This document shows, one piece after another, positions 54,426 to 64,000 of a DNA stretch of 64,000 bases. The notes below the pieces were generated by a model that searched no databases, had not been told where the DNA came from, and saw nothing but the letters and a program-made list of their open reading frames with translations. Source of the DNA: Escherichia coli (GTDB lineage: Bacteria; Pseudomonadota; Gammaproteobacteria; Enterobacterales; Enterobacteriaceae). The stretch lies in the NCBI RefSeq assembly GCF_044324785.1, contig NZ_CP172127.1; one strand, given 5' to 3'. Each line of letters starts with the position of its first letter. The first letter of the stretch is position 1. A program made the position numbers and the translations under genes.

Positions 54426-55691
54426 ATGAGCAAAACACATTTAACAGAACAGAAGTTTTCCGACTTCGCCCTGCATCCGAAGGTTGTAGAAGCCCTTGAA
54501 AAAAAAGGGTTTCATAACTGTACGCCCATTCAGGCACTGGCCCTTCCGCTGACGCTGGCGGGTCGTGACGTAGCCGGGCAGGCGCAAACCGGTACCGGGA
54601 AAACGATGGCGTTTCTTACGTCAACGTTTCATTATCTTCTCTCTCATCCCGCGATTGCCGATCGCAAGGTGAATCAACCGCGTGCCTTAATTATGGCACC
54701 GACGCGTGAACTTGCCGTGCAGATCCACGCCGACGCAGAGCCACTTGCGCAAGCTACCGGCCTGAAGCTGGGTCTGGCTTACGGTGGTGATGGCTACGAC
54801 AAACAGCTGAAAGTGCTGGAAAGCGGCGTTGACATTCTGATTGGCACCACGGGGCGTTTAATTGACTACGCCAAGCAGAACCACATTAACCTCGGTGCCA
54901 TTCAGGTAGTGGTACTGGACGAAGCCGATCGCATGTACGATCTGGGCTTTATTAAAGATATCCGCTGGCTGTTCCGCCGTATGCCGCCTGCAAACCAGCG
55001 CCTCAACATGCTGTTCTCCGCCACGCTTTCGTACCGGGTACGTGAACTGGCGTTCGAGCAGATGAACAATGCCGAATATATTGAAGTGGAACCGGAACAG
55101 AAAACGGGCCACCGTATTAAAGAAGAGCTTTTCTACCCTTCTAACGAAGAAAAAATGCGTTTGCTGCAAACGCTGATCGAAGAAGAGTGGCCAGACAGAG
55201 CGATTATTTTCGCCAACACCAAACACCGTTGTGAAGAGATCTGGGGCCACCTGGCGGCAGATGGTCATCGTGTCGGTTTGTTGACAGGCGATGTCGCGCA
55301 GAAAAAACGTCTGCGTATTCTTGATGAATTTACCCGTGGGGATCTGGATATTCTGGTTGCCACCGACGTTGCCGCGCGTGGCCTGCATATCCCGGCTGTG
55401 ACGCACGTCTTTAACTACGATTTACCCGATGACTGTGAAGATTACGTTCACCGTATTGGTCGTACAGGTCGTGCAGGCGCAAGTGGTCATTCCATCAGCC
55501 TGGCATGTGAAGAGTATGCATTGAATTTGCCTGCTATTGAGACCTATATTGGTCACTCAATTCCGGTAAGCAAATACAATCCGGACGCATTGATGACCGA
55601 TCTGCCAAAACCGCTGCGCCTCACGCGCCCGCGCACAGGCAATGGTCCGCGTCGTACTGGCGCTCCGCGTAATCGTCGTCGTTCAGGTTAA
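54426..55691 (+). CDS. rhlB: DEAD-box ATP-dependent RNA helicase RhlB
   Basis: 421-aa ORF with Q-motif, GTGKT, DEAD and SAT motifs. Confidence 0.93.
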   Translation: MSKTHLTEQKFSDFALHPKVVEALEKKGFHNCTPIQALALPLTLAGRDVAGQAQTGTGKTMAFLTSTFHYLLSHPAIADRKVNQPRALIMAPTRELAVQIHADAEPLAQATGLKLGLAYGGDGYDKQLKVLESGVDILIGTTGRLIDYAKQNHINLGAIQVVVLDEADRMYDLGFIKDIRWLFRRMPPANQRLNMLFSATLSYRVRELAFEQMNNAEYIEVEPEQKTGHRIKEELFYPSNEEKMRLLQTLIEEEWPDRAIIFANTKHRCEEIWGHLAADGHRVGLLTGDVAQKKRLRILDEFTRGDLDILVATDVAARGLHIPAVTHVFNYDLPDDCEDYVHRIGRTGRAGASGHSISLACEEYALNLPAIETYIGHSIPVSKYNPDALMTDLPKPLRLTRPRTGNGPRRTGAPRNRRRSG

Positions 55692-55825
55692 ATAAAAATG
55701 TCATACTCAAAATCATTCAAACTGTATCAAGATGGCAAGAGAATGAATCCCGATGCGCATGCTGTAGTAAGTGATTTGGGTGAAAGAACGCAGCCAACGC
55801 AGAGACAGATTGAAGGATGAAGAGT

Positions 55826-57310
55826 ATGGGTTCCACCTCGTCGCTGTATGCAGCCATTGATCTCGGTTCGAATAGTTTTCATATGCTGGTTGTGCGCGAG
55901 GTGGCTGGAAGCATCCAGACGCTGACGCGAATTAAACGCAAAGTGCGTCTGGCTGCTGGCCTGAACAGCGAAAATGCCCTGTCTAATGAAGCAATGGAGC
56001 GCGGTTGGCAATGTCTGCGCCTGTTTGCTGAACGTCTGCAAGATATCCCTCCCTCGCAAATTCGCGTTGTCGCTACGGCGACATTACGACTTGCCGTCAA
56101 TGCGGGTGATTTTATTGCCAAAGCGCAGGAAATCCTCGGTTGTCCGGTACAGGTGATCAGCGGTGAAGAGGAAGCGCGTCTGATTTATCAGGGCGTTGCT
56201 CACACCACTGGCGGTGCCGATCAGCGCCTGGTGGTGGATATAGGTGGTGCCAGTACTGAACTGGTAACCGGCACGGGTGCACAAACCACCTCTTTGTTCA
56301 GCCTGTCGATGGGCTGCGTCACCTGGCTGGAACGCTATTTTGCCGATCGTAATCTGGGGCAGGAAAATTTTGATGCTGCAGAAAAAGCGGCACGCGAAGT
56401 GTTACGTCCGGTTGCCGATGAATTACGGTATCACGGCTGGAAAGTGTGCGTTGGCGCTTCCGGCACTGTGCAGGCGTTACAGGAAATCATGATGGCACAG
56501 GGGATGGATGAACGCATTACCCTGGAAAAGTTGCAGCAACTGAAACAGCGCGCCATTCATTGCGGTCGGCTGGAGGAACTGGAGATTGACGGGCTGACGC
56601 TGGAACGTGCGTTAGTGTTCCCGAGTGGTCTGGCAATCCTGATAGCCATTTTTACCGAACTGAATATTCAGTGTATGACCCTGGCGGGCGGTGCGCTGCG
56701 TGAAGGCCTGGTCTACGGCATGTTGCATCTGGCCGTCGAGCAGGATATTCGCAGCCGTACGCTGCGTAATATTCAACGCCGCTTTATGATCGATATTGAT
56801 CAGGCACAGCGCGTAGCCAAAGTTGCGGCTAACTTCTTCGATCAGGTGGAAAACGAATGGCATCTTGAAGCAATAAGCCGCGATTTGCTCATCAGCGCCT
56901 GCCAGCTTCATGAAATCGGCCTGAGCGTTGACTTCAAACAAGCGCCGCAACATGCTGCTTATCTGGTACGTAATCTGGATCTTCCCGGTTTTACCCCCGC
57001 ACAGAAAAAATTGCTGGCGACGCTACTGCTCAACCAGACGAACCCGGTCGATCTCTCATCGCTGCATCAGCAAAATGCCGTACCGCCGCGCGTCGCAGAA
57101 CAACTCTGTCGTTTACTCCGCCTGGCCATCATTTTTGCCAGCCGTCGTCGTGACGATCTCGTGCCAGAGATGACATTACAGGCTAACCATGAACTGTTGA
57201 CCTTGACGCTTCCGCAAGGTTGGCTAACCCAACATCCGCTGGGTAAAGAGATTATTGATCAGGAAAGCCAGTGGCAGAGCTATGTCCACTGGCCGCTGGA
57301 AGTGCATTAA
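55826..57310 (+). CDS. gppA: Guanosine pentaphosphate phosphohydrolase / exopolyphosphatase
   Basis: Start placed at [33 protein letters not shown]... (494 aa). Confidence 0.93.
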   Translation: MGSTSSLYAAIDLGSNSFHMLVVREVAGSIQTLTRIKRKVRLAAGLNSENALSNEAMERGWQCLRLFAERLQDIPPSQIRVVATATLRLAVNAGDFIAKAQEILGCPVQVISGEEEARLIYQGVAHTTGGADQRLVVDIGGASTELVTGTGAQTTSLFSLSMGCVTWLERYFADRNLGQENFDAAEKAAREVLRPVADELRYHGWKVCVGASGTVQALQEIMMAQGMDERITLEKLQQLKQRAIHCGRLEELEIDGLTLERALVFPSGLAILIAIFTELNIQCMTLAGGALREGLVYGMLHLAVEQDIRSRTLRNIQRRFMIDIDQAQRVAKVAANFFDQVENEWHLEAISRDLLISACQLHEIGLSVDFKQAPQHAAYLVRNLDLPGFTPAQKKLLATLLLNQTNPVDLSSLHQQNAVPPRVAEQLCRLLRLAIIFASRRRDDLVPEMTLQANHELLTLTLPQGWLTQHPLGKEIIDQESQWQSYVHWPLEVH

Positions 57311-57356
57311 TGAGTAAGTGCCGGATGCGATGCTGACGCATTTTTTCCGGCCTTGA

Positions 57357-59378
57357 TTATTTCCCTCGTTTTGCCGCCATCATCGCTTTCAGATTCGCCA
57401 GATGGCTTTGCCCTTTCTGCATCCGTTCTTCGGCGCTCACCACTTTGCGCTCCTGTTCCCAAATCAGATCATCCTGCGGCAGCTCCAGCAAAAAGCGGCT
57501 CGGCTCCGGGCGCACCAGTTCGCCGTACTGACGGCGTTCTTTACACAGCGTAAAGGTCAATTCCTTCTGGGCGCGGGTAATGCCGACATAGGCCAGCCGC
57601 CGCTCCTCATCGATATTATCTTCATCGATGCTGCTCTGGTGCGGCAAAAAACCTTCTTCCATACCGACCATGTAGACATAAGGAAACTCCAGCCCTTTCG
57701 ACGCGTGCAGAGTCATCAGTTGTACCTGATCCAGCTCTTCCTCACTCTCGCCGCGCTCCATCATGTCGCGCAGAGTAAAGCGCGTCACCACCTGGGTGAG
57801 CGTCATCGGCTCATCCAGTTCGCTGCCTTCCAGCATCTCCGTCATCCAGCTAAACAGTTGGTTGACGTTCTTCATGCGCATTTCGGCAGCTTTCGGGCTG
57901 GGCGATGTTTCGTACAGCCAGGATTCATAATCCATGCCGTGGATCAGATCACGCACCGCGGCAATCGGCTCCCGCTCCGCCAGGCGCTGGATTTCTGCCA
58001 ACCAGTGAGTGAAGCGGGTCAATGCTTCATAACCACGTCCGCTAAGCGTCTGACTCAGGCCCATATCAAAGCTGGCGGTAAACATGCTTTTATTGCGCGT
58101 CATCGCCCACTCACCCAGCTTTTTCAGCGTAGCCGGGCCAATCTCTCGCTTCGGCGTGTTAACGATACGCAGAAATGCGCTGTCATCGTCCGGGTTAGTC
58201 AGCACGCGCAGATAAGCCAGCAAATCCTTGATTTCAGGACGAGAGAAAAACGACGTACCACCAGAAATTTTGTACGGGATGCGGTTTTGCATCAGGAATT
58301 TTTCAAACACCCGCGACTGATGGTTACCGCGATAAAGAATGGCGTAATCTTTGTACTGCGTTTTATTGACGAAGTGATGGGCGATCAGCTCGCCAGTAAC
58401 GCGCTCGGCTTCATGTTCTTCGTTATTCGCGCTTAAAACTTTTAGCTCCGCGCCATAGCCCAGTTCGGAGAACAGACGCTTTTCAAAGACGTGCGGGTTA
58501 TTGGCAATGAGGATGTTCGCCGCTTTCAGAATACGTCCGGAAGAGCGGTAGTTCTGCTCAAGCTTAATCACCTTCAGTGCCGGGAAATCCTGACTCAGCA
58601 GCACCAGGTTTTGCGGACGTGCGCCGCGCCAGGAGTAGATCGACTGGTCATCATCACCCACCACGGTAAAGCGCGCGCGGCTGCCCACCAGCAGTTTCAC
58701 CAGCTCATACTGGCTGGTGTTGGTGTCCTGATATTCGTCCACCAGCAGGTAGCGAATTTTGTTCTGCCAGCGTTCACGAACTTCTTCATTGCGTTGCAAC
58801 AGTAACGTCGGCAATAAAATCAGGTCATCGAAGTCGAGAACGTTACAGGCTTTCAGGTGTGCATCATACAGCCCATAACAATGGGCAAAAATACGATCCC
58901 GCTCGCCCTTTGCCTCTGCCGCCGCCTGCGCCGGAGTTTTGAGATCGTTCTTCCAGTTGGAGATGGTCGAAATCAGCTGTTGCAGGAGAACTTTGTCATC
59001 TTCAATCAGCCCCTCGGTCAGCTCTTTAAGCAAAGCAAGCTGATCGGTATCGTCAAACAACGAGAAGTTTGCTTTCATCCCAAGCGCCGCATACTCTCGT
59101 TTGATGATATCCAGCCCCAGTGTGTGGAAGGTGGAGATCATTAGCCCACGCGCCTCTTTGCGACCCAGCGTCTGCCCGACACGCTCTTTCATCTCGCGCG
59201 CCGCCTTATTGGTAAAGGTCACCGCCGCGATATGTCGCGCCTGATAACCGCAACCGCGGATCAGATGGGCGATTTTATTGGTGATAACACGAGTTTTACC
59301 GGAACCCGCGCCCGCCAGCACCAGGCAGGGGCCGGTAACGAATTCGACAGCTTGTTGTTGGCCGGGGTTTAGACGCAT
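57357..59378 (-). CDS. rep: ATP-dependent DNA helicase Rep
   Basis: Start placed at [40 protein letters not shown]... (673 aa); 'cat' at 59376..59378. Confidence 0.93.
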   Translation of the reverse strand: MRLNPGQQQAVEFVTGPCLVLAGAGSGKTRVITNKIAHLIRGCGYQARHIAAVTFTNKAAREMKERVGQTLGRKEARGLMISTFHTLGLDIIKREYAALGMKANFSLFDDTDQLALLKELTEGLIEDDKVLLQQLISTISNWKNDLKTPAQAAAEAKGERDRIFAHCYGLYDAHLKACNVLDFDDLILLPTLLLQRNEEVRERWQNKIRYLLVDEYQDTNTSQYELVKLLVGSRARFTVVGDDDQSIYSWRGARPQNLVLLSQDFPALKVIKLEQNYRSSGRILKAANILIANNPHVFEKRLFSELGYGAELKVLSANNEEHEAERVTGELIAHHFVNKTQYKDYAILYRGNHQSRVFEKFLMQNRIPYKISGGTSFFSRPEIKDLLAYLRVLTNPDDDSAFLRIVNTPKREIGPATLKKLGEWAMTRNKSMFTASFDMGLSQTLSGRGYEALTRFTHWLAEIQRLAEREPIAAVRDLIHGMDYESWLYETSPSPKAAEMRMKNVNQLFSWMTEMLEGSELDEPMTLTQVVTRFTLRDMMERGESEEELDQVQLMTLHASKGLEFPYVYMVGMEEGFLPHQSSIDEDNIDEERRLAYVGITRAQKELTFTLCKERRQYGELVRPEPSRFLLELPQDDLIWEQERKVVSAEERMQKGQSHLANLKAMMAAKRGK

Positions 59379-59416
59379 AGGAAAATCGCTCAATGAAAGT
59401 CGGGAGGGGAAAATAA

Positions 59417-59746
<330 letters not shown>

Positions 59747-59750
59747 CAGC

Positions 59751-59775
59751 AAGGCCTTCTCCGGGAGAAGGCCTT
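59751..59775. terminator. Bidirectional hairpin between convergent ppiC and ilvC
   Basis: Inverted repeat 'aaggccttctcc ggg agaaggcctt'. Confidence 0.6.
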
Positions 59776-59791
59776 GAACTCTGAATCGCAC

Positions 59792-61267
59792 TTAACCTGC
59801 AACAGCAATACGTTTCATATCCGTCATATAGCCGCGCAGTTTCTTACCTACCTGCTCAATCGCATGGCTGCGAATCGCTTCGTTCACATCACGCAACTGC
59901 GCGTTATCTACCGCACCTTCCGGAATAGCTTTACCCAGGTCGCCCGGTTGCAGCTCTGCCATAAACGGTTTCAGCAGCGGCACACAAGCGTAAGAGAACA
60001 GATAGTTACCGTATTCAGCGGTATCAGAAATAACCACGTTCATTTCATACAGACGCTTACGGGCGATGGTGTTGGCAATCAGCGGCAGTTCGTGCAGTGA
60101 TTCATAGTAAGCAGACTCTTCGATGATGCCGGAATCAACCATGGTTTCAAACGCCAGCTCAACGCCCGCTTTTACCATCGCGATCATCAGTACGCCTTTA
60201 TCGAAGTACTCCTGCTCGCCGATTTTGCCTTCATACTGCGGCGCGGTTTCGAACGCGGTTTTGCCGGTCTCTTCACGCCAGGTCAGCAGTTTCTTATCGT
60301 CGTTGGCCCAGTCAGCCATCATACCGGAGGAGAATTCGCCGGAGATGATATCGTCCATATGTTTCTGGAACAGCGGTGCCATGATCTCTTTCAATTGCTC
60401 AGAGAGCGCGTAAGCGCGCAGTTTCGCCGGGTTAGAGAGACGGTCCATCATCAGCGTGATGCCGCCCTGTTTCAGTGCTTCGGTGATGGTTTCCCAACCG
60501 AACTGAATTAGTTTTTCTGCGTATGCCGGATCGGTGCCTTCTTCCACCAGCTTGTCGAAGCACAGCAAAGAGCCAGCCTGCAACATGCCGCACAGGATGG
60601 TTTGCTCGCCCATCAGGTCAGATTTCACTTCCGCAACGAAGGACGATTCCAGCACGCCCGCACGGTGACCACCGGTTGCTGCCGCCCATGCTTTAGCGAT
60701 CGCCATGCCTTCGCCTTTCGGATCGTTTTCCGGGTGAACGGCAATCAGCGTCGGTACGCCGAATCCACGTTTGTACTCTTCACGCACTTCGGTGCCCGGG
60801 CATTTCGGCGCAACCATTACTACGGTGATGTCTTTACGGATCTGCTCTCCTACTTCCACGATGTTGAAACCGTGCGAGTAACCCAGCGCCGCGCCATCTT
60901 TCATCAACGGCTGTACGGAACGCACAACGTCGGAATGCTGCTTATCCGGCGTCAGGTTAACCACCAGATCCGCCTGCGGGATCAGTTCTTCGTAAGTACC
61001 AACTTTAAAGCCGTTTTCGGTCGCTTTACGCCAGGACGCGCGCTTCTCGGCAATCGCTTCCTTACGCAGAGCGTAGGAGATATCGAGACCAGAATCACGC
61101 ATGTTCAGGCCCTGGTTCAGACCCTGTGCGCCACAGCCGACGATGACCACTTTTTTACCCTGAAGGTAGCTCGCGCCATCGGCGAATTCATCGCGCCCCA
61201 TAAAGCGACATTTGCCCAGCTGTGCCAGCTGCTGGCGCAGATTCAGTGTATTGAAGTAGTTAGCCAT
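59792..61267 (-). CDS. ilvC: Ketol-acid reductoisomerase
   Basis: The ORF extends to 61489, but the start is placed at [49 protein letters not shown]... (491 aa); 'cat' at 61265..61267. Confidence 0.95.
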
Positions 61268-61416
61268 GGTGATTCCTCGTGATGTTGTGCTTCTTATTGT
61301 TCGGTTCGCGTTTGCGAGATTGAATTCACTATATGACAGGAAATTTATTGCGGAAATTGATATATTCACAACGTCACATTGCAATTTCTGCAACGTCAAC
61401 ATCGAGGGCTGCGCCT
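61268..61416. promoter_or_regulatory. ilvC-ilvY divergent promoter/operator region (IlvY binding sites expected)
   Basis: 149-bp spacer between divergent ilvC and ilvY starts; A/T-rich with partial dyads. Operator positions not resolved. Confidence 0.5.
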
Positions 61417-62307
61417 GTGGATTTACGCGATCTGAAAACCTTCCTGCATCTGGCGGAAAGCCGCCATTTTGGCCGTAGCGCGCGGGCAATGCACGTTAGC
61501 CCGTCTACGCTTTCGCGACAAATACAGCGCCTGGAAGAAGATCTCGGTCAGCCGCTGTTTGTGCGTGATAACCGCACGGTAACGCTGACGGAAGCGGGCG
61601 AAGAACTGCGCGTTTTCGCCCAGCAAACACTGTTGCAATATCAGCAATTGCGCCACACCATCGACCAGCAAGGGCCGTCGCTCTCTGGTGAATTACATAT
61701 CTTCTGCTCGGTGACCGCTGCCTACAGCCATCTTCCACCGATTCTCGACCGCTTCCGCGCGGAACATCCGTCAGTGGAGATCAAACTCACTACCGGTGAT
61801 GCGGCCGATGCGATGGAAAAGGTGGTCACTGGCGAAGCGGATCTGGCGATTGCGGGTAAACCGGAAACCTTGCCGGGCGCAGTGGCGTTTTCGATGCTGG
61901 AGAATCTGGCGGTGGTGCTGATTGCTCCCGCGCTGCCCTGCCCGGTGCGTAATCAGGTATCTGTCGAAAAGCCCGACTGGTCTACAGTGCCGTTTATCAT
62001 GGCCGATCAGGGACCGGTACGCCGCCGCATTGAACTGTGGTTTCGGCGTAACAAAATCAGCAACCCAATGATTTACGCCACGGTTGGCGGGCATGAAGCG
62101 ATGGTATCGATGGTGGCGCTCGGCTGTGGCGTGGCGCTGTTGCCGGAAGTGGTGCTGGATAACAGCCCGGAACCGGTGCGTAACCGCGTGATGATTTTAG
62201 AGCGCAGTGATGAAAAAACGCCGTTTGAGCTGGGCGTGTGCGTACAAAAAAAGCGGCTTCATGAGCCGCTGATTGAGGCGTTCTGGAAGATTTTGCCGAA
62301 CCACTAA
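61417..62307 (+). CDS. ilvY: LysR-family regulator IlvY
   Basis: GTG start at 61417 giving (M)[47 protein letters not shown]...; the ORF extends upstream to 61333. Confidence 0.9.
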
Positions 62308-63848
62308 CCCGCCAAAAAGAACCTGAACGCCGGGTTATTGGTTTCGTCGTGGCAATCGTAGCCCAGTTCATTCAGCCGGGTTTCAAAATCCGGTTCATGA
62401 TCGCCAAGCTCGAACGCCGCCAGTACGCGCCCGTAGTCGGTACCGTGGCTGCGATAATGGAACAGCGAGATGTTCCAGTGCGTACCCAGCGTGTTGAGGA
62501 AGCGCAGCAGCGCGCCCGGTGATTCCGGGAATTCGAAGCTGTATAGGCGTTCCTGCAACGGATGCGATGGACGCCCGCCAACCATATAGCGCACGTGTAG
62601 CTTCGCCATTTCGTCGTCGGAGAGATCAACCACGCTGTAGCCGCCGTCGTTGAGCATCTGCAAAATTTCTTTGCGCTCTTCGAGACCGCGGCTCAGGCGC
62701 ACGCCGACAAAAATGCAGGCGTTTTTGGCATCAGCAAAGCGGTAGTTGAACTCGGTGACCGAGCGCCCACCAAGTAACTGGCAGAATTTGAGGAAGCTGC
62801 CCTTTTCTTCCGGAATGGTCACCGCCAACAACGCTTCACGCTGTTCGCCCAGTTCGCAGCGTTCCGAGACGTAGCGCAGACCGTGAAAGTTCACGTTGGC
62901 ACCGGAAAGAATATGCGCCAGCCGTTCACCGCGAATGTTGTGCTGGGCGATGTATTTTTTCATCCCTGCCAGCGCCAGCGCGCCAGAGGGTTCAGCCACC
63001 GCGCGTACATCTTCGAACAGGTCTTTCATCGCCGCACAGATGGCATCGCTATCGACGGTGATGATGTCGTCAAGATACTCCTGGCACAAACGGAAGGTTT
63101 CATCGCCGATGCGTTTTACCGCGACGCCTTCAGCAAACAGCCCCACGCGGGGCAGATCAACGGGATGACCCGCATCCAGCGCTGCTTTCAGGCAGGCGGA
63201 ATCTTCCGCTTCCACGGCGATCACTTTGATTTGCGGCATCAGTTGTTTGATCAGTACCGCGACGCCCGCCGCCAGACCGCCGCCGCCGACCGGTACAAAT
63301 ACGCGGTCGAGATGGGCGTCCTGCTGGAGCAGTTCCAGCGCCAGCGTGCCTTGCCCGGCGATCACCATCGGATGGTCGAACGGCGGTACCCAGGTGAAAC
63401 CCTGCTGCTGTGACAGTTCGATCGCTTTCGCTTTCGCTTCATCGAAATTTGCGCCGTGAAGCAGCACTTCGCCGCCAAAGCCGCGCACCGCATCAACTTT
63501 GATATCGGCGGTGGCGGTTGGCATGACGATCAGCGCCTTCACGCCTAACCGTGCGGAAGAAAACGCGACGCCCTGCGCGTGGTTACCCGCAGAAGCGGTG
63601 ATCACGCCGTGCGCTTTTTGTTCTTCCGTCAGGCCCGCCATCATGGCGTATGCGCCGCGCAGCTTAAAGCTGTGTACTGGCTGGCGATCTTCGCGCTTCA
63701 CCAGAATCACGTTATCAAGACGCGACGACAGTTTTTCCATTTTCTGTAGCGGCGTGACCTGCGCCGCTTCGTAGACCGGCGCGCGCAGCACCGCTCTTAA
63801 ATATTCGGCACCTTCCGGGGTACCGGACAGGGGTTGCGAGTCAGCCAT
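62304..63848 (-). CDS. ilvA: Biosynthetic threonine dehydratase
   Basis: 514-aa ORF MADSQPLSGTPEGAEYLRAVLRAPVYEAAQVTPLQKMEKLSSRLDNVILVKREDRQPVHSFKLRGAY... (PLP-lysine motif); 3' end overlaps the ilvY stop by 4 nt. Confidence 0.93.
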   Translation of the reverse strand: MADSQPLSGTPEGAEYLRAVLRAPVYEAAQVTPLQKMEKLSSRLDNVILVKREDRQPVHSFKLRGAYAMMAGLTEEQKAHGVITASAGNHAQGVAFSSARLGVKALIVMPTATADIKVDAVRGFGGEVLLHGANFDEAKAKAIELSQQQGFTWVPPFDHPMVIAGQGTLALELLQQDAHLDRVFVPVGGGGLAAGVAVLIKQLMPQIKVIAVEAEDSACLKAALDAGHPVDLPRVGLFAEGVAVKRIGDETFRLCQEYLDDIITVDSDAICAAMKDLFEDVRAVAEPSGALALAGMKKYIAQHNIRGERLAHILSGANVNFHGLRYVSERCELGEQREALLAVTIPEEKGSFLKFCQLLGGRSVTEFNYRFADAKNACIFVGVRLSRGLEERKEILQMLNDGGYSVVDLSDDEMAKLHVRYMVGGRPSHPLQERLYSFEFPESPGALLRFLNTLGTHWNISLFHYRSHGTDYGRVLAAFELGDHEPDFETRLNELGYDCHDETNNPAFRFFLAG

Positions 63849-63850
63849 TA

Positions 63851-64000
63851 TTAACTCCCCAGTTTCGATTTATCGCGCACCGCACCTTTGTCGGCGCTGG
63901 TTGCCAGGCTGGCGTAGGCGCGCAACGCAAAGGAGACCTGACGTTCGCGATTTTTCGGCGTCCAGGCTTTGTCGCCACGAGCTTCCTGCGCTTCACGACG
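63851..64000 (-). CDS. ilvD: Dihydroxy-acid dehydratase, C-terminal end only (gene continues beyond the right edge)
   Basis: Open minus-strand frame ending ...[23 protein letters not shown] with stop at 63851..63853, immediately upstream of ilvA on the same strand, consistent with the ilvD-ilvA operon order. Confidence 0.75.

Noticed and set aside
57402-58436. 344-aa + strand ORF
   Set aside because: Antisense to rep.
60602-61282. 226-aa + strand ORF
   Set aside because: Antisense to ilvC.

Overview
This window is an Enterobacteriaceae (Escherichia coli-like) chromosomal segment running from metE to ilvD, in the reverse orientation to the conventional K-12 map. Gene identities were assigned by reading the translated ORFs against protein sequences I recognise from memory; no database search was run. 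Core content, in order: metE (partial), metR, yigM, yigL, pldB, rhtB, rhtC, recQ, pldA, yigI, rarD, yigF, yigG, corA, yigE, uvrD, yigB, xerC, yigA, dapF, lptM, cyaY, cyaA, hemCDXY, the sRNA gene glmZ, aslA, aslB, the argX-hisR-leuT-proM tRNA operon, yifK, the complete enterobacterial common antigen (wec/rff) cluster, rho with its leader rhoL, trxA, rhlB, gppA, rep, ppiC, ilvC, ilvY, ilvA and the 3' end of ilvD. Against this conserved backbone there are four small insertions that the core synteny does not explain. The strongest candidate for an undescribed system is an AT-rich, translationally coupled two-gene cassette (12857..14199) at the 3' end of corA, bounded by an imperfect ~150-bp direct repeat of the corA terminus; it encodes a 284-aa cytoplasmic-looking protein and a 163-aa signal-anchored protein, which I interpret as a possible toxin/effector-immunity or defence pair. 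The other insertions are a tandem pair of diverged secreted repeat proteins between lptM and cyaY (23137..25952), an orphan 152-aa ORF between pldA and recQ (8670..9128), and a signal-peptide-bearing SAM hydroxide adenosyltransferase-family gene between yigE and uvrD (16408..17310). Whether each is absent from K-12 is from memory and needs confirming by alignment. Other points: an in-frame (CCTGCA)13 repeat in hemX, a LexA box upstream of uvrD, the TTG start of cyaA, and several REP elements and terminators. No CRISPR array, IS element, integrase or transposase was seen.
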